From: Thermomicrobiales bacterium | GTDB lineage: Bacteria; Chloroflexota; Chloroflexia; Thermomicrobiales; UBA6265 | DNA: 64,000 nt | NCBI GenBank assembly: GCA_045804965.1 | Contig: JBJMMD010000016.1 | Coordinates: 133,482 to 197,481, forward strand | Direction: 5' to 3' | In this document: positions 36,261-45,193 of the stretch, one piece after another | How the letters are laid out: each line of letters starts with the position of its first letter | Numbering within the stretch: position 1 is the stretch's first letter | Notes under the pieces: model-generated | What the model was told of the DNA's origin: nothing | What the model saw: the letters and a program-made list of their open reading frames with translations, nothing else | Database searches by the model: none | Program-made: the position numbers and the translations under genes

Positions 36261-37823
36261 TCAGCCGGTTGCCGGTGTTGCCGCCGGTGATGGCGCTGGA
36301 GTGAGTGTGGCTGTAGGCGTCGGGATCGGTACCTGCGGAACATCGCCGAGCATCTGATTGAGCCGGTCGTCCAGCCCAGCGACCGCGCTCGTCGTGTCGA
36401 CACTTCCGCTCAGGATCTGGTTGACCGTGGTTGCATAGGCGGTCGAGACGTTGTCGTACAAGGACGCGGTCACCGTCGATGGGCGGGCGACCACGCCATC
36501 AAGAAAGAGATCGTGCAATCTCGCAAAAACCGGACGCGCGGAGAGCACGTCCGGATCGTCATACAGGTCCGCAATCGTCGGCAAACGGCCAAGCTCGATG
36601 GCACTCGACTTTTGCAGCTCACGGCTCGTAATGAACTTCGCGAACTCGATCGCCGCTTCCTTCCGATGCGAATATTTCGGAACCATGATCTCCCAACCGC
36701 CGAGCGTTCCCGTGCGATGGGTGCCGCCGGCATCGGATTTGGGGACGAGCGCAATGTCGAACTTATCCTTGATCGGCGAATCGGCGGCCTGGCCGAGCTC
36801 GTACGCATAAAGCCAGTTGCGCATGAAGGCAGCGTTGCCGGCCTGCCAGATAAAGCGTGCTTCCTCCTCGTCAAAGTCCATGACGTTCGCCGGAGAAATC
36901 GTGCCCACCCAGTTGCGCGCCCGTTCGAACGCCAAAATCGTCTTCGGATTGTTGACCTGCACCTTGCCTTCGTCGTCGACGATCGTTCCCCCACCGGCGG
37001 CGTATTGCCATTCGAGCGCATCACAGGTGAGGCCCTCATACGGACCGCCTTGCCAGACGTAGCCTTGAAAGTCCGGATTCGACGTGCGCTCTCCTGATTG
37101 AATCGCCTGCGCCATTGCTTCGAGATCTGTCCACGTCGTCGGCGGAGCGGAGAAGCCGTACTTTTCAAGCAGGTCCATGCGGTAGTAGAGGAGGCCGGCG
37201 TCGCCGAACCACGGAATCGCGGCGACATCTTTTCGCAGTACCGTTTTTCCAGGTGTTTGCCTACTTGGGATCTCGACATAGAGGGAATTGTTCTCGACGA
37301 TCCGATCGAAGTATGGATAGCCCTGGCTTTTTATCTCCTTCGTCAGGCGGAAGAAGTGCCCGGCGAAGCGTCCGATCCAGGTCACGTCGATCATCGCCAC
37401 GTCGAGCAGTCGCGATTCAAGCGTAAAGGTGCTCTGGTATTGCACGAGGCGGTCGGCCGCGCGAATGGGGCCGGATTGGCGGGTGACGATGATGCCGGTG
37501 GCTTGACTGAACTTATCGCAGGCCACTTGCTCCCACGGGGCAGCGGGACCGTCAGGACTCAAGACCACGATGATTTCGTCGCCGGCGAGATCGGTGCGCA
37601 GATTCTGAGGAAGAACGATGGTCGCGCCAAGCCCGGGAATCGGAGTCGCCAGGGTCGCCGCCGGGGTTGCTTGTTGCGCCGCCGCTCGTCTGGCTGGAAG
37701 CAAAGAACCAAGCGCGGATCCGCCGAGGCCGAGCGCCGCACCCTTGAGCAGACCACGTCGAGTCTGGCCCTGGGAAGTTGTCCGAAAGGGTCTGCCATCA
37801 CTGTCAATTGTTTGTCGTGTCAC
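36261..37823 (-). CDS. ABC transporter substrate-binding protein (family 1), Tat-type leader, Pro/Thr-rich C-terminal tail
   Basis: QTRRGLLKGAALGLGGSALGSLL leader, an SBP body, and a C-terminal PTPTATLTPAPSPAATPATG tail. Intact at 520 aa. Confidence 0.85.
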   Translation of the reverse strand: MTRQTIDSDGRPFRTTSQGQTRRGLLKGAALGLGGSALGSLLPARRAAAQQATPAATLATPIPGLGATIVLPQNLRTDLAGDEIIVVLSPDGPAAPWEQVACDKFSQATGIIVTRQSGPIRAADRLVQYQSTFTLESRLLDVAMIDVTWIGRFAGHFFRLTKEIKSQGYPYFDRIVENNSLYVEIPSRQTPGKTVLRKDVAAIPWFGDAGLLYYRMDLLEKYGFSAPPTTWTDLEAMAQAIQSGERTSNPDFQGYVWQGGPYEGLTCDALEWQYAAGGGTIVDDEGKVQVNNPKTILAFERARNWVGTISPANVMDFDEEEARFIWQAGNAAFMRNWLYAYELGQAADSPIKDKFDIALVPKSDAGGTHRTGTLGGWEIMVPKYSHRKEAAIEFAKFITSRELQKSSAIELGRLPTIADLYDDPDVLSARPVFARLHDLFLDGVVARPSTVTASLYDNVSTAYATTVNQILSGSVDTTSAVAGLDDRLNQMLGDVPQVPIPTPTATLTPAPSPAATPATG

Positions 37824-37865
37824 GAATCCAGCCTTCGCCGAGCACCAAGTGAAACGGGTGCGAGT

Positions 37866-38235
37866 TTACCCCTTCACCGCGCCCGCGGTCAGACCGGTGA
37901 TGATCTTGCGCTGGAAGATAAGGACCAAGAGGATCAAGGGTAAGGTCAAAACAACAGAGGCCGCCATCTGTTTCGCAAATGGCGGCTCGAACTGTTGGTG
38001 ACCGGCGAACTGAGCGATCGCGGCCTGGACAGCACGTGCTTTTGAGTCCTGCGCAAACGTCTGCACGTTCAGAAATTCATTCCACTCGGCAATAAAGGTT
38101 AGCAAGCAGGTCGTGACCAGATATGTGGCCGCAATTGGCAAAATGAGTTGCCCCAAAACGCTCGTAATGGAGTGACCCGTCGACCGGGGCAGCCTCTTCA
38201 AGCTCGCCGGCCATTTCCAAAAATAACTTCAAATA
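37866..38235 (-). pseudogene. remnant of a MalG-like sugar ABC permease (5'-truncated and frameshifted)
   Basis: The track ORF 37866..38201 encodes only the last ~100 aa (ILPIAATYLVTTCLLTFIAEWNEFL...QRKIITGLTAGAVKG). The EAA motif (LFLEMAGELEEAAPVDGS) is readable just upstream, but in another frame. Nothing permease-like lies beyond ~38235, where the sequence turns AT-rich. Confidence 0.7.
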
Positions 38236-38482
38236 AATTCGTCAACACCCAGACGGCGAAAGGTCATTGGGGAAGAGCCAGGCACACAACCCTGTGCATG
38301 CGGTTTGCCTAGAAAAGGCGATTGACTGATAGCCTCCTTGCAGGCTGTTTGATGAGCCCCCAACACGGATCGAGGATTTATGGCACTTAATTTGCACGAT
38401 TGCATCGAAGCTGTTAGGTTGTGCGGCCAACGTGCTTGCGTTGGTTGGAGTTATCGCTTGGTCGATCACCGGGGGGCCGAAG

Positions 38483-39436
38483 ATGGCCAAGAATCCGGTT
38501 GCGGGTGATCTCGCTGGTGCACCGGCTGTTGCTGGACCGCTAGCGGCGCCGAGACAAGTAGAGTGGCGAGCGGGCGGCCTCTCTCGTCTTCTGCGCAAGC
38601 GGTGGCTTGACGTCGTCATGGTCACGCCCCTGTTTGCTTACATCCTCTTTTTCATGCTCGTCCCCGTTGGCCAGTCGATCTATCTCAGTTTCGTGCACAA
38701 AGGCACCCATAGTCTGACCCTGGCCAATTACGATGACATCGTTCATCGCAGCCAATTCAAGGATGCGGTGGTGAATACGATCGGGATCACGATTATCGGC
38801 GTTTCAATGGAAATGGTCGCCGGCATCGTCATCGCTCTGATGCTCGCACGCGGGTTCTATGGTCGCGGCATTTTCCGCTCGATCGTGCTTGTGCCGCTGG
38901 GTGTGCCAACCCTAGTGGCTGGTGCCGCGATGCTCTATTTCGTGGGTTTTACCGGTTACCTCAATGAGATTCTGCTTGACCTCCATATCATCAACACGCC
39001 GGTCTATTGGCAGGAGAGCGGCGTCCGCGGCATGTTCACCATCGCCATTGCCGATCTCTGGAAGACAACGCCGCTCGTCGTCCTCATCCTGCTGGCAGGT
39101 CTGGAAGCGATTCCGGGCGACATCTACGAAGCCGCCAGCATCGACGGCGCCAGCGGATGGCACAAATTCTGGGACCACACCATCCCGCTCTTGATGCCGG
39201 CGATCACGATGGCGCTGATTCTGCGCGCGATCGACGCGTTCCGCATTTTTGATATCGCCCTTGTGATGGCCGGGCAGACGGTGCCGGTGATGAGCTGGTT
39301 CGTCTATTCCGAATACCGGCTCGCCGATAGCACGAACACTGCTTCGGCCGCCGCGGTCATCTTGCTCCTGATGATCATGGTCTTCGTCGTCACCTATTTC
39401 TTACTGGTCGCTCGCCGCACGGAGGATTCACGATGA
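38483..39436 (+). CDS. carbohydrate ABC transporter permease (MalF-like)
   Basis: EAA loop (DIYEAASIDGASGWHKFWDHTIPLL) and six TM segments. ATG 38483, inside track ORF 38432..39436. Confidence 0.85.
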   Translation: MAKNPVAGDLAGAPAVAGPLAAPRQVEWRAGGLSRLLRKRWLDVVMVTPLFAYILFFMLVPVGQSIYLSFVHKGTHSLTLANYDDIVHRSQFKDAVVNTIGITIIGVSMEMVAGIVIALMLARGFYGRGIFRSIVLVPLGVPTLVAGAAMLYFVGFTGYLNEILLDLHIINTPVYWQESGVRGMFTIAIADLWKTTPLVVLILLAGLEAIPGDIYEAASIDGASGWHKFWDHTIPLLMPAITMALILRAIDAFRIFDIALVMAGQTVPVMSWFVYSEYRLADSTNTASAAAVILLLMIMVFVVTYFLLVARRTEDSR

Positions 39437-40314
39437 GCGCGACCATGGCCCAGACTTCGATCGCGCCGGAGGGTGGCGAACTTAAGGAAGACCGAAAACG
39501 GTGGCTGACCTGGGAACAGGTCGGATTCTGGATTCTCGCGGCGTTCATCGCGTTCTTGCTGCTGTTGCCGCTCTATGTGCTGTTTAAGGTCTCGGTCAGC
39601 ACCCTGGCCGATGCCACCTCTCCGCACCCGAGCTATCTTCCGCACAACGTTACCCTGGATAACTGGCGGCGGTTGGCGCAATGGGACAATGTCGGCCCGC
39701 CGCTGACTCATAGCTTGACGATCGCGTTCGGTACCGCCGCGGCGGCAATTGTGATTGCCGCGCCCGCCTCGTACGTGATCTCAAGGATGCCACGCGATAT
39801 CCGATACGCGGTTGTGCTCGGTTTGCTGTTCACACGCATGTTCCCCGAAGTCATCATCGCCACCCCAATCGCGAGCAATTTCTTCAAGTGGGGACTCAAC
39901 GACACGGATCCCGGCCTGATTCTGGCCCACCTGATTCGCGCTCTGCCGCTAGTCGCTTGGGTGTTGGTCGGGACATTCGAGGTCATTCCCGTCGAACTCG
40001 AAGAAGCGAGCCACGTCGACGGAAATGGACGCATCGGCACGCTCATGAAGATCGTGATTCCGCTGGCCGCACCCGGCATTGCGGTCGCGGCGATCTTCGC
40101 CTGGCTCGATTCCTGGAACGATCTTCTCTATGCCATCTACCTTTTCTTGTCCGAGAAAACGTTGCCGCTGCAGACCTACTACTACTCGAATCGCGGGAAT
40201 GCGACGGACGTCGCAACCTTCGCGGTCATCCTGACTATTCCTGTCATTTTGTTCACGCTCGTCCTGCAGCGCTGGATTCGGAGTGGCTATCTGAGCGGCG
40301 CCGTCAAGGGATAG
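39433..40314 (+). CDS. carbohydrate ABC transporter permease (MalG-like)
   Basis: EAA loop (ELEEASHVDGNGRIGTLMKIVIPLA). ATGA overlap with the upstream permease. Confidence 0.9.
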   Translation: MSATMAQTSIAPEGGELKEDRKRWLTWEQVGFWILAAFIAFLLLLPLYVLFKVSVSTLADATSPHPSYLPHNVTLDNWRRLAQWDNVGPPLTHSLTIAFGTAAAAIVIAAPASYVISRMPRDIRYAVVLGLLFTRMFPEVIIATPIASNFFKWGLNDTDPGLILAHLIRALPLVAWVLVGTFEVIPVELEEASHVDGNGRIGTLMKIVIPLAAPGIAVAAIFAWLDSWNDLLYAIYLFLSEKTLPLQTYYYSNRGNATDVATFAVILTIPVILFTLVLQRWIRSGYLSGAVKG

Positions 40315-40401
40315 TTGGGCTTTATTCACTTGGCGACTCAACGGTGAGACGCGATCGGTGCCGGTCAGAGAGCCCGGCATGGCAACCAAGGAGGATCATC
40401 T

Positions 40402-41739
40402 ATGAACTCGGATTCGGAACGCAATCGGGCGGTGATCGATGAGCTTGTCTCCGATCATTTGACCGGAAGATTGACCCGACGGCAGCTCTTCGCGCGCGCC
40501 GCGCTCGGGGCGTCGGCGCCAGTGCTGTCGGCGTTGCTGGCCCAGGGCGCTGCCGCCCAGCAGGCATCGCCTTCACCAGAAGCGTTGCAACTCGGCAATT
40601 ACAGCGGCAAGAAGCTGCGCCTCGCGGTCGCGCTCGCTGACCCCGAACGCCAGGTCTATGACAACGATGTCATCCCGGGCTTCAAGGATGCAACCCAGGG
40701 CGATATCGAAATCGTGCAAATCGAGGCTGCCGACGTCATCACGACACTGCAATCGCAAGTGAGCTCGGGAAATGTCCAGATCGATATCCTTGATCAGGAC
40801 AATAACTCGCTCGCGCCGCTCGTCTCCAACCAGCTGGTGGAAGAGTTGCCCGAGGCCACGCAAGTGATCCCCAAGCAGACGATTCCCGCGCTGCTCGAAG
40901 TGTTGCAGTTCGATAACAAGTATTACTTCCTGCCGGCGCGGCCGAACGTCCAAATCACCTATTACAACGAGACTGCGCTGAACGACGCCGGTGTCCAGCC
41001 CCCGATGACCTGGGACGATTTGACGAACGTCGGCAAGGCGCTCAAGGACAAGAACGGCGTCGGAAAGGTCGCCGTTCAGGGCGCGCCCGGCGGCCCGGTC
41101 GGCGTGACGGTGACCCAGTTCATCTGGCAGGCAGGTGGAGATCCGCTGAAGCTCAATACCGACCAGGCGGCGCAGGCGTTCACCTTCCTGCAGAGCCTCA
41201 AGGAATACATGACGCCGCAATACCCGACGGCCAAATTCGACACAATGAACACGTATCTCCTCAACGAGAGCGTGGATCTTGGGCAGAACTGGCCGTTTGG
41301 CATCAGCGTCATCGTAGGAGAGGGCAAGAAGACAGACGTCAAGGCTTATGAGGGTTGGTCAGGCCCGTCCGGCAACGCCCTCGTCCTTGGCGGCACGGTG
41401 ATGGGCATTACCAAAGGCACGCCGAACCGCGACATGGCCCTCGACTATGCCAAGTACTTCATGTCGAAGGACGTGCAGGCGCTGCTGACCGCGAAGCTCG
41501 GTTGGCCGGCGATCCGCTCCGACGCGTTCGGCACGGTCGAGGATTGGCAGAAGCCGTACTTCGATGTCGTCAACAAAGCGTTGGGGATGGCCAAGCCGCG
41601 GCCGAACCTGACCTATTGGGGCAAGGTCGAGACAATCCTTGGCGACGCCTTCGACGACATCGTCACCAACGGCAAGGACGTGAAGTCGACACTCTCGGAT
41701 TACCAGGGCAAGATCGACCAAGCCGCCAGCGGCGGGTAG
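40402..41739 (+). CDS. ABC transporter substrate-binding protein (family 1) with twin-arginine signal
   Basis: LTRRQLFARAALGASAPVLSALLAQGAAAQ leader. AAGGAGG lies 7 nt before the ATG. Confidence 0.9.
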   Translation: MNSDSERNRAVIDELVSDHLTGRLTRRQLFARAALGASAPVLSALLAQGAAAQQASPSPEALQLGNYSGKKLRLAVALADPERQVYDNDVIPGFKDATQGDIEIVQIEAADVITTLQSQVSSGNVQIDILDQDNNSLAPLVSNQLVEELPEATQVIPKQTIPALLEVLQFDNKYYFLPARPNVQITYYNETALNDAGVQPPMTWDDLTNVGKALKDKNGVGKVAVQGAPGGPVGVTVTQFIWQAGGDPLKLNTDQAAQAFTFLQSLKEYMTPQYPTAKFDTMNTYLLNESVDLGQNWPFGISVIVGEGKKTDVKAYEGWSGPSGNALVLGGTVMGITKGTPNRDMALDYAKYFMSKDVQALLTAKLGWPAIRSDAFGTVEDWQKPYFDVVNKALGMAKPRPNLTYWGKVETILGDAFDDIVTNGKDVKSTLSDYQGKIDQAASGG

Positions 41740-41770
41740 GCGGACTTCCCCGGAATTCCCTCAACGCCTA

Positions 41771-41808
41771 TCCTCTTCTCCCGCGTGCGGGAGAAGAGGA
41801 TCCTTTAT
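41771..41808 (+). terminator. rho-independent-type terminator after the SBP gene
   Basis: 13-bp perfect stem TCCTCTTCTCCCG / CGGGAGAAGAGGA with a 4-nt loop, followed by TCCTTTAT. Lies 32 nt after the stop. Confidence 0.65.
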
Positions 41809-41960
41809 CGTCACGCGCCATTAGTGCGGTTTGATTTTGCAGTTACTTCGGAAACCTTCCCTCTTCCTCCCACGGGAGAGGGTGGCGCGAAGCGCCGGGT
41901 GAGGGAACTCCATGGGGTAACGCAACTTCCGCTGGTCGAAGGCTGCTGCTGGTTTGTTCA

Positions 41961-42803
41961 TCACGCCCCGACTTCAGCAACGGCCTGCATTAGCTCGCGC
42001 ACGCGCGAGCCATCCACACGGTTCCAGGTGACGCCGTCGACCTTGAGCGAGGACCCGACGATCGCACCGTCGGCATAGGCAAGCAACGCCGCGGCGTTGC
42101 TTGCCTTGAAACCGGTGTTGACCAACACCGGAATGCCGGTCGGTTTGACCGCCTCGACAACCTCGGCGAGCGCGGAGGCGGTGGCCGGTTGGCTTGTGAT
42201 CGGGCCGGAAATCAGGATGGCGTCGGGACTCGACGAAAACGCGACCGAGCGCGCAACGTCGGCGATTGGTCGCGGCGCTAATTGCTGAGCGAACTCGGCA
42301 TTGATGTTGAACATGAGCTTGACGTGTTCCACGCCGAGCTGGCGTCGGTAGCGAAAGGCATCGCCCGCGCTGCGAACCCAGACGCCGAAATCGCCGGCAA
42401 ATGCGCCCGTGAAGATTTCGCGGCAGAACGCGGCCCCGGTCGCGGCTGCGACCGCGATGGTTGCGTTGGGGTCCCAGAGCACATTGACGCCAAACGGCAC
42501 GGAGAGTTCGTCGCGAACGGAAGCCACGACATCGCTCATCGCGGCCACAGAGGCGAAATCAGCATCGAGCTGGTAGGGGCGGTCGTTCTCATTGCAGAAC
42601 ATGACCGCATGGATGCCGCCCGCTTGCAAAGCCGAAAGATCCCGTTTCACCCACGCGCGGACCGCGGCCATGCCGCCGGCGGTGTCATAGAGCGGAGTGC
42701 CGGGGAGAGCGGGAAGATGGACCATGCCGATAATAGTTTTCGGCACCCCGCTCAGGTCTTGCAGCCAATTCGCCACGCTCGCCACGCTCCCCCTTTGTAG
42801 CAA
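41961..42803 (-). CDS. BtpA/SgcQ family TIM-barrel protein
   Basis: KTIIGMVHLPALPGTPLYD N-terminal signature of the BtpA family, at about 280 aa. Confidence 0.8.
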   Translation of the reverse strand: MLQRGSVASVANWLQDLSGVPKTIIGMVHLPALPGTPLYDTAGGMAAVRAWVKRDLSALQAGGIHAVMFCNENDRPYQLDADFASVAAMSDVVASVRDELSVPFGVNVLWDPNATIAVAAATGAAFCREIFTGAFAGDFGVWVRSAGDAFRYRRQLGVEHVKLMFNINAEFAQQLAPRPIADVARSVAFSSSPDAILISGPITSQPATASALAEVVEAVKPTGIPVLVNTGFKASNAAALLAYADGAIVGSSLKVDGVTWNRVDGSRVRELMQAVAEVGA

Positions 42804-42844
42804 ACATTAGGAACGGGAGCATACCGCGAGATCGGAGAGCGGAC

Positions 42845-43291
42845 CTAATCAGGGATTTCGTAGCGACCCGATCGCGCGGTGAGCCGGATGCGAAAGACGA
42901 TCGTGTCAGGGCCGAGGTCCGGCACGGGTGCTGGTTGCGGATAGACGATACGGAGGGCGCGCTCGCGGTCAGCGGGATCGAACATTTCCTCGTAGATACC
43001 ATCGGCGATCACGCTGCGCCAGCGGTCGGACGCATCCACGCGGTCGACCTCGAACGAAACTAGCGGTTGCGCCCGCATCAGACGAATCTTCCGGCCAAGG
43101 CCACTATGGGCGTAGATCGCTTCGCCATCGTAGCCGTAGGCAAGGGGCACGACGTACGGGCGGCCATCTCCTCCTTCCGCACCATGAGCGCAGCAGGCGA
43201 TGCGCCCGACGAGCGAACTGCCGAGCAACGCTTCAATCTCCTCGTCAGCCAAGGCTGCGATCACACCCACCTGTGCGGTCCTCCGCTCCAC
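42845..43291 (-). CDS. pyridoxamine 5'-phosphate oxidase-like FMN-binding protein
   Basis: LLGSSLVGRIACC...GRPYVVPLAYGYDGEAIYAHSGLGRKIRLM split-barrel pattern. GTG start immediately follows the upstream TGA. Confidence 0.75.
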   Translation of the reverse strand: MERRTAQVGVIAALADEEIEALLGSSLVGRIACCAHGAEGGDGRPYVVPLAYGYDGEAIYAHSGLGRKIRLMRAQPLVSFEVDRVDASDRWRSVIADGIYEEMFDPADRERALRIVYPQPAPVPDLGPDTIVFRIRLTARSGRYEIPD

Positions 43292-44308
43292 TCAGCGAAC
43301 AGTCACTTCGAGCTCGTAGATAGCATTGTTCAAGTAGCCCTTTGCGTTCCAGAGCGCCTGTTCCGGTTGGACGAGGCCGCGCGCGTCGGTGGCCCGAGAT
43401 CGCAAGCGCGCCGTGCCAGGTTTGGCCGGCCATTGATACGAGAAGCGGATCCAGGCAAGCGGTCCGGCTTCTTCGACGATTTCGGCCGACTCCCATGTGT
43501 CGCCGCCGTCGGTGCTGATCTCCACGCTAGCGACTGCGCCAAATCCCGACCACGCAAAACCCGTGACAACATGCGTTCCGGCGTCGAGCACTTCGCCGCT
43601 GCTTGGCCGGCTGATGATCGATTTCACCGGCATCTCGCGGACTGGAAGGACATGTTCTCCCGCGTCGGTGATCAGCGTGTAGTTTTCGAAATTCCAGAAT
43701 CCGGCGAACGGCTGCGCGCTGGCGGTGATGCCTACCAGCCATTTGGTCGAGGCGATGCCTGCCCAACCGGGGACGAGCAAGCGCACCGGACCGCCATGGG
43801 GCACAGGCAGAGGCGCCCCGTTCATTTCCCAGACGAGCATCGTCTTCGGATCGAGCCCGACTTGGACCGGCAACCCGCGCTGCATGCCGGGCATGTCGCC
43901 GCCTTGTGCAATCAAATCGACTGCACTGCTTTTGAGACCGGCGAGATCGAGCACGTTCGGCAGCGACGTGCCGGTCCAAGTTGCGGTCCCGGCGGCATCG
44001 TTTTTCCACTCTGTGCCTTCCGCGGGCGGATTGAGAAAGCTGCGGCCATTGCCCGCACATTCGAGGAACGACGTGATGGTCTGTTGCGGAAGGGACTTCA
44101 GGTCGGCAAGTGAGAGGCTCTGCGGCTGCTCGACATTGCCGGTGATTTCGAGCCGCCAGACCTCCGGATCGATGTCAGGCGTGGGACCGTTCGAGCGCAC
44201 GAAGAAGAGCTCGTTCGGCACAATCAGACCGTCGAGCACATCGAGCGGCATCCCGAGATTCGTACTGCCGTACGGGATCAATCGCGAATCTTTGCCTGGA
44301 ATCGTCAT
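43292..44308 (-). CDS. sulfite-oxidase-family molybdopterin oxidoreductase (catalytic + dimerisation domains), no signal peptide
   Basis: FLECAGNGRSF motif (Mo-ligand Cys), VPGWAGIASTKWL, and a C-terminal Ig-like domain (VEISTDGGDTWESAEI). ATGA overlap with the prmC stop. Confidence 0.85.
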   Translation of the reverse strand: MTIPGKDSRLIPYGSTNLGMPLDVLDGLIVPNELFFVRSNGPTPDIDPEVWRLEITGNVEQPQSLSLADLKSLPQQTITSFLECAGNGRSFLNPPAEGTEWKNDAAGTATWTGTSLPNVLDLAGLKSSAVDLIAQGGDMPGMQRGLPVQVGLDPKTMLVWEMNGAPLPVPHGGPVRLLVPGWAGIASTKWLVGITASAQPFAGFWNFENYTLITDAGEHVLPVREMPVKSIISRPSSGEVLDAGTHVVTGFAWSGFGAVASVEISTDGGDTWESAEIVEEAGPLAWIRFSYQWPAKPGTARLRSRATDARGLVQPEQALWNAKGYLNNAIYELEVTVR

Positions 44309-45180
44309 AGCATTGCTTTCTTGTTGTCGCGCTCAACGATCACGAAGCGGTCCCGATCCTCAAGGTCACGCACCACGCGTGTACGGGAATCGGTAATGCG
44401 GTCATGTACGATGCTCACCGCCTCTACCGCGTGATTTGGATCAAGCTCAAGCACTACTGCGCCATGGGGCTTGAGAACGCGCGGGATATCATCGATCAAT
44501 CGCCGGACCTCCGCCAGGCCATCGGGTCCACCATCGAGCGCAATCCGAGGCTCCGCCTTCAGTTCGGGATTTTCCATAATTTGAGCCGGGGTGAGATACG
44601 GCAGGTTCGCCAGGATGAGTTCGACTGGGTTCGTTATCGGCTCGAGCAAATCGCCAGCGATGAATTCCACCCGGTCTTCGAGGCCGAGACGTGAACTGTT
44701 CGCACGAGCGACGTTTAACGCTGCCTCCGAAAGATCAATGCCGATTGCTCGACCTTTCCAGGACTTGGCTATTTTCGCAAGTGACAGGATGATTGCGCCC
44801 GATCCAGTTCCAACATCAACAACTTCCGCATGTGGTCGAGAAGTGAGCCAAAGTTTCGCCCACTCGACAAGCTGCTCTGTTCCTGGGCGTGGGATCAGGA
44901 CCGAAGGATTCACGATAAACGAAAATCCCATGAACTCGCGCTCACCGGTCATATAGGCGACTGGACAACCTTCCAGGCGTCGATCGATGAGCCGTTCGAA
45001 TTGCGATTTGACTGAAGGATCGACAGGTTCTTGGAGGCGGGCGAACAATTCGGTCCGATCGATGCCGAGTACGTGACGGAGTAAGACTTCAGCATCCAGG
45101 CGCGGTGTATAGGTCCGCGAAGGCAGAAGGCGAGCGGTTGCCGCTCGCAACAATTCAGCCAGTGTCGGATTATCGGTCAC
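44305..45180 (-). CDS. prmC: release-factor glutamine N5-methyltransferase
   Basis: SAM motif VVDVGTGSGAIILSLA and motif IV at the PrmC position, here reading NLPY. Directly downstream of prfA. Start set at GTG 45180, after the prfA stop. The track ORF extends to 45294. Confidence 0.85.
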   Translation of the reverse strand: MTDNPTLAELLRAATARLLPSRTYTPRLDAEVLLRHVLGIDRTELFARLQEPVDPSVKSQFERLIDRRLEGCPVAYMTGEREFMGFSFIVNPSVLIPRPGTEQLVEWAKLWLTSRPHAEVVDVGTGSGAIILSLAKIAKSWKGRAIGIDLSEAALNVARANSSRLGLEDRVEFIAGDLLEPITNPVELILANLPYLTPAQIMENPELKAEPRIALDGGPDGLAEVRRLIDDIPRVLKPHGAVVLELDPNHAVEAVSIVHDRITDSRTRVVRDLEDRDRFVIVERDNKKAML

Positions 45181-45193
45181 GGCGTGGATCGCG

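Noticed and set aside
41840-41915. GC-rich segment encoding ...PLPPTGEGGAKRRVRE..., resembling the dispersed palindromic elements that give spurious 'hypothetical' ORFs in many genomes.
   Set aside because: There is only one copy in this window and only short imperfect stems (CCCTCT/AGAGGG, GGCGC-GAA-GCGCC). It cannot be called a repeat family without genome-wide data.
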